In this document: positions 33,205 to 42,279 of the stretch, one piece after another
Layout of the letters: each line of letters opens with the position of its first letter
How positions within the stretch are numbered: position 1 is the stretch's first letter
Program-made: the position numbers and the translations under genes
Notes under the pieces: model-generated
What the model saw: the letters and a program-made list of their open reading frames with translations, nothing else
Told to the model about the DNA's origin: nothing
The model's database searches: none
DNA from: Actinomycetota bacterium
Lineage (GTDB): Bacteria > Actinomycetota > Thermoleophilia > Gaiellales > Gaiellaceae
Length of the DNA stretch: 44,465 bases
Reading direction: 5' to 3'
Assembly (NCBI GenBank): GCA_046729215.1
Contig: JBKPGE010000076.1
Coordinates: 1-44,465 of the forward strand

Positions 33205-33755
33205 CTCGAGCCCTCGGACAGGGCGGACCCGAAGCGCGCCAAGTACTCGACGGCCGACAGGACCGTGATCGCGGCGGCCGCCAGCATCGCCCACTCGTCC
33301 AGGAGCAGCGGGCCGAGCGGCTCCTCGTAGCGGAGGATCGCGAGCAGGATGGCGAGGAACTGGACGTTCGTCTTGAGCTTGCCCCAGATCGACGGGGGGA
33401 ACACCGTTCCCTCGGCCGCAACGATGCCTCGCAGCCCGAGGATCAGCAGTTCGCGCCCGATGATGATGAACGCGACCCAGGCCGAAGCCCTGTCGACCTC
33501 GACGAGGGCGATCAGGGCTCCGGACACAAGCAGCTTGTCGGCAGTCGTATCCAGGAACGAGCCGAACCTGGTCGTGAGCGCCCAGCGCCTGGCTAGGTAG
33601 CCGTCGACGAAATCCGTAGTGGCTGCGACCGCGAAGAGAACGGCGGCGACCACGTAGGCCGAGTCCCGGCTAGGCCCCAGCAGGATGAAGCCCATCACGA
33701 ACGGTACGAGCAGGATGCGCACGTAGGTGAGGCCCAGAAGGATCGGGCCGCTCAC
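33201..33755 (-). CDS. pgsA: CDP-diacylglycerol--glycerol-3-phosphate 3-phosphatidyltransferase (CDP-alcohol phosphatidyltransferase)
   Basis: DFVDGYLARRWALTTRFGSFLDTTADK fits the D(x2)DG(x2)AR...G(x3)D(x3)D motif. The start overlaps the upstream stop as GTGA. Confidence 0.85.
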   Translation of the reverse strand: MSGPILLGLTYVRILLVPFVMGFILLGPSRDSAYVVAAVLFAVAATTDFVDGYLARRWALTTRFGSFLDTTADKLLVSGALIALVEVDRASAWVAFIIIGRELLILGLRGIVAAEGTVFPPSIWGKLKTNVQFLAILLAILRYEEPLGPLLLDEWAMLAAAAITVLSAVEYLARFGSALSEGSS

Positions 33756-36253
33756 GGCGCCAAGCTCTCGGAGGGCAGCGGAGCGGCGCCGGTGACCAGC
33801 GCACGGACCTCCTCGGCGGAATCCAACCCCAGCGCCTCGCGGGCGAGCGCCGCTGCAGCTCCTGCGTCAACCTCCCGGACTGTCTCTTTCGTTGCCGGGA
33901 CCGCAGGCGGGTTGACGCTCAGCTCGCTGACGCCGAGCCCGACGAGGAGCGGCACCGCCTGGGGGTCCGACCCCAGCTCGCCGCAGACGCCGACCCACTT
34001 CCCGTGCGCCTCCGCGGCTTCGGTGACGCTGCGGATCAGCCGCAGGACGGACGGATGCAGTCCGTCCGCCAGGCCCGAGACCGCCTCGTTCCCCCGCTCG
34101 GCCGCCATCGTGTACTGCACGAGATCGTTCGTCCCGATCGAGAAGAAGTCGACCTCCCTCGCGAATGCGTCCGCGGCGAGCGCCGCCGCCGGCACCTCGA
34201 TCATGACGCCGACCTCCAGCTGTCCGGGAGCCTCCCCGCGTTCGCTCAGCTGCTCCCGGGCGCGCGCGAGCACTGACAGCGCGTCTCGGTACTCAGCGAG
34301 TGTGCTGACCATCGGGAACATGACCTTGAGCGGATGCTCGGCCGCGACGCGCAGGGCCGCCCGCAGCTGTGTCTCCAGAAGCTCGGGCTGAGTGAGGCCG
34401 AGCCGAATTCCACGCACGCCGAGGAAGGGGTTCGCCTCCGCCCGCCGTGGCAGGTAGGGGAGCGGCTTGTCGGCGCCGACGTCGAGGGTGCGCAGGATCA
34501 GGGGCCTCCCTTGCAGCCGTTCCGCCATGTCCGCGTAGGCCGCGTACTGCTCGTCCTCGTCGGGAAGCGAGTCGCGCTCGAGGAAAAGAAACTCGGTTCG
34601 CAGGAGCCCCACACCTTCGGCGCCGTTCGCGACCGCGGCGTCGACATCCTCTGGAGAGCCGACGTTGGCGACGATCTCGATTCGGCGGCCGTCTCGGGTT
34701 CGCGCCGGCCGCCGGGCGCTCGCGAGTGCCCGCTGCGCATCCTCGGCACGCTCGGCGCTCTTTCGCTCGTACTCGCGAACGAGCTCCGGGCTGGGGTCGA
34801 CATGGAGGGCACCCTGATCCCCGTCGAGGACGAGCTGCGTGCCTTCAGGCACCTCCAGCAGTTGCTCGCCGAGGCCGACCGAGGCCGGGATTCCGAGCGA
34901 GCGGGCAAGGATCGCGCTGTGTGACGTCGGCCCGCCGTAGGCGGTGGCGATGCCGTGCACGAGCTCGCGGTCGAGCGCAGCGGTGTCCGCCGGCGTGAGG
35001 TCAGCGGCGATGACGATGCCCGGCTCGGTCACCGCAGCCGCAGGCCCCTTCCCCACGAGCTGGGCGACCACCTGCCGCGCCACCGCGCCCAGGTCCTCCG
35101 CGCGAGCCCGCAGGTACTCGTGGTCGAGGCTACGGTACTCAGCTGCGACCGTCTCGGCCGCTTCGTGCCAGGCCTGGGCGGCGTTCCGGCCCTGCTCGAA
35201 GATCGCACGGCGGGCCGGCTCCACGAGCGTCTCGTCTTCGAGGAAGAGCAGATGAGCATCGAAGATTGCAGCGCTGTACTCGCCGGCCCGGGCGGCAACG
35301 GAGTCGCGCGTCGCGCGGATCTCCGTCCGAACACGATCCAACGCCCGCTCGAGCGCTTCCCACTCCGCTTCCGGGTCGCTCGCCGGCTCGGTGGGAATCT
35401 CGGGCGTCGCAGCCCGGAAGTGGCGAGCGGCGCCGATCGCAACGCCCGGCGCGGCCGGGAGCCCGGCCAGCCCGCCCGCCGGAGCTGCCTCCGGGCGGGC
35501 CGTAGGTGTCGGTGTCGGGGCCTCGACGGCAGGTCCCTCGTCGAAATCGCGCCCGGCCAGCGCCTCCAGCGCCGCGAGCGCCTCGCTCGCCTTCGGTCCG
35601 GTCGCGGCGACAGTGATCTGGTGTCCCTGGCGGACGCCGAGGGTGGCCAGCGCGTTGAGGCTTCGCCCGCTGGCCGGCCCGCGGCCAGTCGTCAGATTCG
35701 TGACGCTGACACCGGCGTCGAAGCCGCCCGCGGTTTGGACGAAGCGGGCCGCCGGCCGCGCATGGAGGCCAAGGGGGTTCCTCACGGTCAGCGTAATCGT
35801 TCGACCCGCGCCGTCCGCGACCGCAGCCTCGGGAGCGGCGGTCTCGCCGGAGCCGAGATGCGTGGCCTTGGCCCCCAGAGCCCCGCGGGCCTCTGCCACC
35901 ACGTCCGCGAGGGGCGCGCCGAGCTTGGCCGTGACCGCTGCGGCCACCGCGCCCTCGACAAGCGCAGCCTCGGAGAGCACGACGCGCTCGCGCCGCTCCG
36001 GCGGTAAGAGATCCAGCGCCATCTCGGCGCTCAGCACTGCGCTTCCGAGGTCCATCAACACGACCACCCCGTCGCCCTGGTCTGCCCGCTCGATCGCGTC
36101 GAGCACTCGAGCGGCATCGGTGCCAAGCGCCGGCTCGGGAGCTTCGATGCCCCCGGCGAGCTCGATCGGAACCTCGGCGCCCATGCCGCGAGCCAGCTCG
36201 GCGACGCCCTCGGCGAGCGTCGCGCTGTGCGAGACGATAACGAGCCCGACCAT
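33752..36253 (-). CDS. dhaM: Multiphosphoryl transfer protein: DhaM EIIA(Man)-like + HPr + full-length PTS Enzyme I
   Basis: The N-terminus is MVGLVIVSHSATLAEGV (DhaM/EIIA-Man His). The HPr-like segment is NPLGLHARPAARFV. EI follows, with GGPTSHSAILARSLGIP (phospho-His) and the PEP-binding TIM region (..FFSIGTNDL.., ..VGVCGE..). Confidence 0.9.
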   Translation of the reverse strand: MVGLVIVSHSATLAEGVAELARGMGAEVPIELAGGIEAPEPALGTDAARVLDAIERADQGDGVVVLMDLGSAVLSAEMALDLLPPERRERVVLSEAALVEGAVAAAVTAKLGAPLADVVAEARGALGAKATHLGSGETAAPEAAVADGAGRTITLTVRNPLGLHARPAARFVQTAGGFDAGVSVTNLTTGRGPASGRSLNALATLGVRQGHQITVAATGPKASEALAALEALAGRDFDEGPAVEAPTPTPTARPEAAPAGGLAGLPAAPGVAIGAARHFRAATPEIPTEPASDPEAEWEALERALDRVRTEIRATRDSVAARAGEYSAAIFDAHLLFLEDETLVEPARRAIFEQGRNAAQAWHEAAETVAAEYRSLDHEYLRARAEDLGAVARQVVAQLVGKGPAAAVTEPGIVIAADLTPADTAALDRELVHGIATAYGGPTSHSAILARSLGIPASVGLGEQLLEVPEGTQLVLDGDQGALHVDPSPELVREYERKSAERAEDAQRALASARRPARTRDGRRIEIVANVGSPEDVDAAVANGAEGVGLLRTEFLFLERDSLPDEDEQYAAYADMAERLQGRPLILRTLDVGADKPLPYLPRRAEANPFLGVRGIRLGLTQPELLETQLRAALRVAAEHPLKVMFPMVSTLAEYRDALSVLARAREQLSERGEAPGQLEVGVMIEVPAAALAADAFAREVDFFSIGTNDLVQYTMAAERGNEAVSGLADGLHPSVLRLIRSVTEAAEAHGKWVGVCGELGSDPQAVPLLVGLGVSELSVNPPAVPATKETVREVDAGAAAALAREALGLDSAEEVRALVTGAAPLPSESLAP

Positions 36254-36256
36254 CTA

Positions 36257-37480
36257 TTACCCCGCGGCCGGGGGCCAGTCGAGCCCGTACGCGCGGTAGA
36301 GGAGCTCGACCGGATGCACCGAGAGCACGCCTGTGCCGTGCGTGATCTGCCAGCGGCACGTCTCACTGTCACAGGCGGCCACGTCCGCGCCCGACTCCCG
36401 CACATCACGGAAGAGCCGCTCGCCCACGGCCATCGAGATCTCGTACTTCTCCCTCTTCAAGCCGTAGGTACCAGCGATCCCGCAGCAGTCGGCGTCGAGC
36501 TCGATGACCCGCAGCTCTGGGATCAGCGCCAGCAGGTCGAGTGCCGGCTTGCCGATCCCGTGCCCTCGCTGCTGGCAAGGCGTGTGGTACGGAACCGTCA
36601 TCGGAAGCGGCCGGAGATCGGTCCGGAGCTCGCCGCGCTCGTGCATGAGGAGGAGGAACTCGCAAAGGTCGTAGGTGGCCTCGCTCACCAGCTTCAAGTC
36701 CTCGTCCTCGACGCCGAGAATCTCGTGCGCCTCGCCCTTGAGCATCAGCCCGCAGCTCGTGGAATTCGAGACGATCGGCAGGCCTTCGCGAGCGTACGGA
36801 GCGAGATTCGCAACGAGCCGCCGTACGTACTTCCGCGCCGCCGGGAAGTTGCCGTTGGACTGCAGCGGCAGGCCGCAGCAGTCCTGCCGCGGGACGATCA
36901 CGTTGTAGCCGTTGTGCTCGAGGATGGCGACGACAATCTCGCCGACGGCTGGCTCGTAGTAGTTCGTGCCGCAGGCGTGGAAGTAGACGACGCTCCGGTC
37001 GGTGGCCGGGCTCTGGTGGCGCCGCGCCCAGCGCTGGAACGTGCGGCTGGCGAAGCGCGGCATCGGGGCGTCGCGGTGAATGCCCAGCAGCCGATCGGCC
37101 GCGATCCGGAGCGGTCTCGCTCCTAGCGTCCAGTTCGCAAGCGGCGCGACGGGCGTCGCCAGCCGGCCGAGCACGCTAGGCCTCGCGATCAGCTGGTTGC
37201 GCAGCGGAATGCCTCGGTCCTCCCAGAGCTGCGCCCGCGCCTGGGAATTGATCTCGGCGATCTTCACATCGTGCGGGCAGACCTGGGTGCAGATCCCGCA
37301 ACCGGAGCAGTAGTCGACGGACGCATCCGGCGACTCCCCGGCTCGGCGGTACCGCTCGGCCTGCGGCCCCACGAACTTCGGGCCCGGAAAGAGCGGCGTC
37401 ACCTGCGAGAAGGGGCAGAAGGTCTCGCAAATCGTGCACTTGACGCAGTGGTCGAGGGAATCGCGCATCAGGTCGGTCAT
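36257..37480 (-). CDS. glpC: Anaerobic glycerol-3-phosphate dehydrogenase subunit C (Fe-S/CCG domains)
   Basis: CVKCTICETFCP and CSGCGICTQVCP are two 4Fe-4S motifs, and Cys-rich CCG repeats follow. The start overlaps the glpB stop as ATGA. Confidence 0.9.
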   Translation of the reverse strand: MTDLMRDSLDHCVKCTICETFCPFSQVTPLFPGPKFVGPQAERYRRAGESPDASVDYCSGCGICTQVCPHDVKIAEINSQARAQLWEDRGIPLRNQLIARPSVLGRLATPVAPLANWTLGARPLRIAADRLLGIHRDAPMPRFASRTFQRWARRHQSPATDRSVVYFHACGTNYYEPAVGEIVVAILEHNGYNVIVPRQDCCGLPLQSNGNFPAARKYVRRLVANLAPYAREGLPIVSNSTSCGLMLKGEAHEILGVEDEDLKLVSEATYDLCEFLLLMHERGELRTDLRPLPMTVPYHTPCQQRGHGIGKPALDLLALIPELRVIELDADCCGIAGTYGLKREKYEISMAVGERLFRDVRESGADVAACDSETCRWQITHGTGVLSVHPVELLYRAYGLDWPPAAG

Positions 37481-38718
37481 GGGGTGTTCCCCAGGATTGC
37501 GCCGGCTGCGGCGTAGCCGCTTGCCAGGCTGAGGCCGTTGCCCGAGGCCTCACGCCACGGCGCGGCGCCCGCGAGGATCGCGCCCGCTGCGTGGAGGTTC
37601 TCGAACCGAAGCGCTCCCTCGGGGTCCGTCGGGCGAAGCGCCTCGTCGACCGCCACCCCGACGCGGTCGAGCGGCTGCTCGTCGAGGTAGGTCGGCCGGA
37701 ACGGCGGCCGCCCGTTGGCTTCCGGCACCCCGGCGAGCGGAAGGTCGAAGACGGATTCGCGGACATTTCCGTACGAGTCGACTCGGATTCCCCCGGCAGC
37801 GAGCCCGCCCGAGGCGAGCAGGAACGAACGTGCCCGAAACGTCTTCGGTCTCGCCGCCTGCTGGACGACCACACCATCCACCCGTCCGTTGCGGGTCTCG
37901 GCTCCGATCACCGGTTGTCCGATCAGGAGTCTGCCGCCGGCCTGGCGGATTGCGCTAGTCATGGCCTCGAAGAGGCGGATGCCAGGCACGGACGGCGGGA
38001 GTGTCGCCACCTCGAAGACCGGCCGTTCGAGCCTTGCCTCCAGCTCGCGCCACACGTTTCCGGCGTTCTGCCGCCCGAGCACCGCAGGAAAACCGACGCG
38101 CTCGTCCTGCTCGACTCGACCGGACAGCTCGCGCGCGACCCAGTCCCAGACGCCGGAGTGCTCGAACCGCCTGGCCAGGCCGAGTGCTCCCCCGTCTTCT
38201 CCAGGAGGCGGGTCGAGGTCGATCGCCCGCGCCTCGACTTGCGCGGACTGAGCGAGATTCTCGGCCAGGTAGGCGGGATAGAAGTCCTTGAGCCGTAGGC
38301 CGACGAACACGAAGCGCCCGCCGGCGCGCAGATCCCCGCCGACCATCGTCTCGGGAACGACCGCCGACGGCTTGGCCGCGCCGACCGCGGTCGGAAGCAG
38401 GAAGTTCTCCTCGAGGCCGCCCTGATAGCCGAGGGTGGGAAGGCGAGCCTTGAACCACTCGAGGCCGGCCGAGACGTCGTCGGCCGGCAGCCGACCGTAG
38501 GGGTGCTCTGGATGGGCCGCTGAGAGCTCCGCCAGCGCCTGGGCTGGGCTCTCCACCCGCTCGTCGGCGAAGCCGAGCACGTCGATCGTCGGCGGGGCGA
38601 GGTGCGTCGCGCCGACGCCCCTCGCGACGACGAGCACTCGCCGGCCCTCGTCGGCCAGGCGGAGTGCGGCGGTCAGGCCGGCGAGCCCGGCGCCGATCAC
38701 GATCGTGTCGTCGGTCAT
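37477..38718 (-). CDS. glpB: Anaerobic glycerol-3-phosphate dehydrogenase subunit B
   Basis: ATG 38718 gives MTDDTIVIGAGLAGLTAA (FAD fold). The gene sits between glpA and glpC. The upstream part of the 545-aa ORF is run-on. Confidence 0.85.
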   Translation of the reverse strand: MTDDTIVIGAGLAGLTAALRLADEGRRVLVVARGVGATHLAPPTIDVLGFADERVESPAQALAELSAAHPEHPYGRLPADDVSAGLEWFKARLPTLGYQGGLEENFLLPTAVGAAKPSAVVPETMVGGDLRAGGRFVFVGLRLKDFYPAYLAENLAQSAQVEARAIDLDPPPGEDGGALGLARRFEHSGVWDWVARELSGRVEQDERVGFPAVLGRQNAGNVWRELEARLERPVFEVATLPPSVPGIRLFEAMTSAIRQAGGRLLIGQPVIGAETRNGRVDGVVVQQAARPKTFRARSFLLASGGLAAGGIRVDSYGNVRESVFDLPLAGVPEANGRPPFRPTYLDEQPLDRVGVAVDEALRPTDPEGALRFENLHAAGAILAGAAPWREASGNGLSLASGYAAAGAILGNTP

Positions 38719-38815
38719 AGGCCAACCTTCGGGCTTCCGATGTGTCGACCGGTCATTGCAGACGGCCGCACGAGCGGAGCCCGCGCGGCCTGAAGGAGAC
38801 ATCGCAAGCGACGTC

Positions 38816-40363
38816 TCATGCCGGCAAGTGCTGGACCCCGAGCAAGCCCTGGAAGATCCAGTCGTCGAGACGGGCCTGTCGAACCTGGTCGCCGTAGAGG
38901 ACCGGGTGGACGCCCTTCCAGCGCTCTTGGAGGAAGGACAGCAGCGATTCGTTCGCCTGGTGCGAGTCCAGCCGCTCGACGGCGTGGAGGATGCCGGTCG
39001 CCCTGTAGATGCAGAAGCCGCCCTGACACGGGCCCATTCCGAGCCGCAGAGTGCGGCGGATGTCATCGAGGTTCGCGGTGTGCCGCCGCTCCATGGCCTG
39101 CTCGAGCCGCTCACGAGTGATCAATTCGCACTCACAGATGAGCTCCTCCGGCTGCGGGCGGGGTTCGCGGGCACGCAGCCGCGCCCCCAGCGTGTAGAAG
39201 CGCCCGTCCTCGGAGCCGGGCAGCGGCTCCTCGTGCGTGCGGCAGGGACGATCGACCCCGAGCTGACCGCACACGGCGTCCACCGTCACCTCGGCCATGA
39301 GCCGGAACGTCGTCGCCTTTCCGCCGGTGATGGTCACGAACCGCTCGACGCCGTCCCGTTCCCGGTGGTCGATCAGCGCGTGGGAGCGGCTCACCTGGCG
39401 CGTGTCGGCGACCTCCTCGGCCGAGAAAAGCGGGCGCGCACCGGCCCAAACCCGGAGCGCCCGCGCCTCACGGAATCCCGGCACGAGCTTTTCTCCCTCG
39501 TCGAGCATCTCGTCGATCTCGGACTGGGTGACCTCGAGGTCGTCGGGATCGGCGACCTTCGAGTCGGTCGTTCCGACCACCGAAACCGTTCGGATCGGGA
39601 CGATGATGTCGCCGTCCGCCGGCGGCTTGCAGCGGTTGATCACCGTGTTCACGAGCCGGTGGTTCATCGCGATCATGATCCCCTTGCCAGGGAGGACGTT
39701 GACGCCTCCGCCCGCCAGCTCGGCGATCTGCCCGGCCCACGCGCCCGCCGCATTCACGACGACCTCGGCGCGCAGGCGCAGCTCCTCCCCGGTCAGCTCG
39801 TTGCGTAGAAGCGCGCCGGTGACCTGCCGGCCGTCGCGCTCGAGCGCGACGACGCGGTGGTAGAGCAGGATCTCCGCCCCGTGCTCCTGCGCCGAGCGGG
39901 CGCAGCCCCAGACGAGCTTCCAGGGATCGAGCGCACCGTCGGGGACGGCGAAGGCGCGCGAGATTCCTGAGTGGAGGCGCGGCTCGCGGCGTAGCGCCTC
40001 CGTAACGGCGATCTCCTCCACCGGGATGCCTGTAGTCCGACAGCCTTCGAGGAACGTGTCGCCGAAGGCCGGGTCGTCCCACGGAGTCGTAACGAACAAG
40101 CCGCCGGTGTCCTCGATGCAGTCGGCAGCGATCCGCCGGAGGATGGCGTTCTCCGCGACGCATTCCTCGGCGGCCAAAGGGTCCTTGACGGCGTAGCGGC
40201 CTCCGGAGTGGAGCAGCCCGTGGTAACGGCCCGTCGTGCCGTCCGCGAGATCCCTACGCTCGACGAGGACGGTCTTGAAACCCCGCATGGCGGCGTCGCG
40301 GACAACGCCGGCGCCCGTCGAGCCGCCGCCGATGACCAGCACTTCGGTCTCGAGGGACGCCAC
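38816..40363 (-). CDS. glpA: Anaerobic glycerol-3-phosphate dehydrogenase subunit A
   Basis: VLVIGGGSTGAGV is followed by a DAO fold. The C-terminal BFD-like 2Fe-2S segment is ICECE...GMGPCQGGFC. Confidence 0.9.
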   Translation of the reverse strand: MASLETEVLVIGGGSTGAGVVRDAAMRGFKTVLVERRDLADGTTGRYHGLLHSGGRYAVKDPLAAEECVAENAILRRIAADCIEDTGGLFVTTPWDDPAFGDTFLEGCRTTGIPVEEIAVTEALRREPRLHSGISRAFAVPDGALDPWKLVWGCARSAQEHGAEILLYHRVVALERDGRQVTGALLRNELTGEELRLRAEVVVNAAGAWAGQIAELAGGGVNVLPGKGIMIAMNHRLVNTVINRCKPPADGDIIVPIRTVSVVGTTDSKVADPDDLEVTQSEIDEMLDEGEKLVPGFREARALRVWAGARPLFSAEEVADTRQVSRSHALIDHRERDGVERFVTITGGKATTFRLMAEVTVDAVCGQLGVDRPCRTHEEPLPGSEDGRFYTLGARLRAREPRPQPEELICECELITRERLEQAMERRHTANLDDIRRTLRLGMGPCQGGFCIYRATGILHAVERLDSHQANESLLSFLQERWKGVHPVLYGDQVRQARLDDWIFQGLLGVQHLPA

Positions 40364-40428
40364 TACTCGCAGTGGTTCATCGGGAGCCGTGACGAGAGTA
40401 CACTCGGCGCGTCGAACGAGGAGGACGA

Positions 40429-40554
40429 ATGGAGCCCGAAGAGCGCGACAAGAGGCACGAGGGGGACTTCGCGGAGGGGATCGAGGATCGCGAGCACCAC
40501 CCCGAGGACGAAAAGGAGGGCGACTTCGCCGAAGGGATCGAGGCGGACGACTAG
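40429..40554 (+). CDS. Small, highly acidic tandem-repeat protein (41 aa), unknown function
   Basis: MEPEERDKRHEGDFAEGIEDREHHPEDEKEGDFAEGIEADD. GAGGAGGA lies at 40418-40425. The two 27-nt repeat copies differ only at 3 synonymous third positions. A strong hairpin follows the stop. Confidence 0.55.
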   Translation: MEPEERDKRHEGDFAEGIEDREHHPEDEKEGDFAEGIEADD

Positions 40555-40557
40555 AGA

Positions 40558-40588
40558 AGGGCCCGGCGGCTTCAGGCCGCCGGGCCCT
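40558..40588. terminator. Bidirectional terminator hairpin between the small ORF and glpK
   Basis: aGGGCCCGGCGGC-ttcag-GCCGCCGGGCCCt: a 12-13 bp perfect GC stem. Confidence 0.7.
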
Positions 40589-40600
40589 CCGATGTCTCCC

Positions 40601-42091
40601 CTACTCCACCCAGTCGAAGGTGCGAGTAACGGCCTTCTTCCAGAGCGCGTACTCCTTGTCCCGCTCCGCGGCGTCCATCTGGGGCTGCCACTCCTTGTCC
40701 TTGCCCCAGTTGGCGCGTAGGTCTTCGACCTCCGACCAGAACCCGGTCGCAAGCCCAGCCGCGTAAGCCGCGCCGAGCGAGGTGGTCTCGGCGACGGTCG
40801 GCCTGATTACAGGCACGTCGAGGACGTCGGCCTGGAACTGCATCAGCAGCTCGTTGTAGACCATCCCGCCGTCGACCTTGAGCGAGGTGAGCTCGACGCC
40901 CGAGTCGGCGTTCATCGCGTCCACGACTTCCTTGCTCTGCCACGCGGTGGCCTCGAGCCCGGCCCGAGCCAGATGTCCCTTGTTGACGTACCGGGTGAGG
41001 CCGGCGATGACGCCGCGGGCCTCGCCCCGCCAATAGGGAGCGAAGAGACCGGAGAACGCCGGGACGAAGTAGACCCCGCCGTTGTCCTCCACCGTCTTCG
41101 CGAGGTCCTCTACCTCCGGCGCACTCTGGATGAGCCCGAGGTTGTCGCGCAGCCACTGGACGAGCGCGCCCGTGATCGCGATCGCGCCCTCAAGGCAGTA
41201 AACGGCCGGCTGATCGCCGATCTTGTAGGCGAGCGTCGTCAGCAGGCCGCTCTTCGACTGGACGGCCTCGTTGCCGGTGTTGAGCAAGAGGAAGTTGCCC
41301 GTCCCATACGTGTTCTTGGCCTCGCCGACCGCGAAGCAGGTCTGGCCGAACAGCGCGGCCTGCTGGTCGCCGAGGTCGCCGGCGACCGGAATTCCCGCCA
41401 GGTCGCCCTTGGCCTCCCCGTAGACCTCGCTCGAAGCACGGACTTGCGGCAGCATCGCGCGGGGGACGCCGAGGATGCCGAGGATCTCGTCGTCCCAGTC
41501 AAGGGTCTCGAGGTTCATCATCATCGTGCGGCTTGCGTTCGTGACGTCGGTCACGTGGGCACCGCCGTCTGCCCCACCGGTCAGCTGCCAGATGACCCAG
41601 GTGTCGATGTTGCCGAACACGACATCGCCACTCTCGGCCCGCTCCCGAATGCCGTCGACGTTGTCGAGGATCCACTTGATCTTCGGACCGGAGAAGTACG
41701 TGGCGATCGGGAGGCCGGTCTTGGCCCGGAATCGGTCCTGGCCCCCGTCCGCGGACAACTCGTTGCAGATCTGGTCTGTCCGAGTGTCCTGCCACACGAT
41801 CGCGTTGTGGACTGGTTCCCCGGTCGTCCGGTCCCCGACGACCGTGGTCTCTCGCTGGTTCGTCACGCCGACGGCAGCGATGTCGGACGCCGGGGTCTTG
41901 CCGACGCCCGTGCTGACCATCTCCTGCGTGCGTTGCCAGATCTCATTCGCGTCGTGCTCGACCCAGCCCGGTTTCGGATAGATCTGCTCGTGCTCCTTCT
42001 GGTCGACCGAGACGACCTGCCCGCCGTGGTCGAAGACCATGAACCGCGTGCTGGTCGTGCCCTGGTCGATCGCTGCTGCGTATTGCGCCAT
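40601..42091 (-). CDS. glpK: Glycerol kinase
   Basis: [17 protein letters not shown], ..GVTNQRETT.., FHGGK family. ATG 42091 is preceded by AGGAGG at an 8-nt spacing. Confidence 0.95.
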   Translation of the reverse strand: MAQYAAAIDQGTTSTRFMVFDHGGQVVSVDQKEHEQIYPKPGWVEHDANEIWQRTQEMVSTGVGKTPASDIAAVGVTNQRETTVVGDRTTGEPVHNAIVWQDTRTDQICNELSADGGQDRFRAKTGLPIATYFSGPKIKWILDNVDGIRERAESGDVVFGNIDTWVIWQLTGGADGGAHVTDVTNASRTMMMNLETLDWDDEILGILGVPRAMLPQVRASSEVYGEAKGDLAGIPVAGDLGDQQAALFGQTCFAVGEAKNTYGTGNFLLLNTGNEAVQSKSGLLTTLAYKIGDQPAVYCLEGAIAITGALVQWLRDNLGLIQSAPEVEDLAKTVEDNGGVYFVPAFSGLFAPYWRGEARGVIAGLTRYVNKGHLARAGLEATAWQSKEVVDAMNADSGVELTSLKVDGGMVYNELLMQFQADVLDVPVIRPTVAETTSLGAAYAAGLATGFWSEVEDLRANWGKDKEWQPQMDAAERDKEYALWKKAVTRTFDWVE

Positions 42092-42279
42092 CCGCTGCAC
42101 CTCCTATTTCGTCACGGTGCCGCTCCAGGTGATGCTGCCGCGTCTCTCGGTCGTGAGCACCAGGCCAGAAGCCGCACTCGTCCGCAGCCAAGGCTGGATT
42201 GCCTTGGTAAGGGCGAGGGTGGGCTCTGGCGCCGCGTGATCGCGGGCGAGAGGCCGGGCGTGCATTGCCTGGAGGGGCA

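Noticed and set aside
40208-40766. ORFs of 129-176 aa overlapping the glpA-glpK spacer (40208-40720+, 40236-40766+, 40363-40752-).
   Set aside because: They run through the glpA and glpK coding regions and the terminator hairpin, and their translations are low-complexity. Only the 41-codon ORF at 40429-40554 has an SD, a terminator and a synonymous-only repeat divergence.
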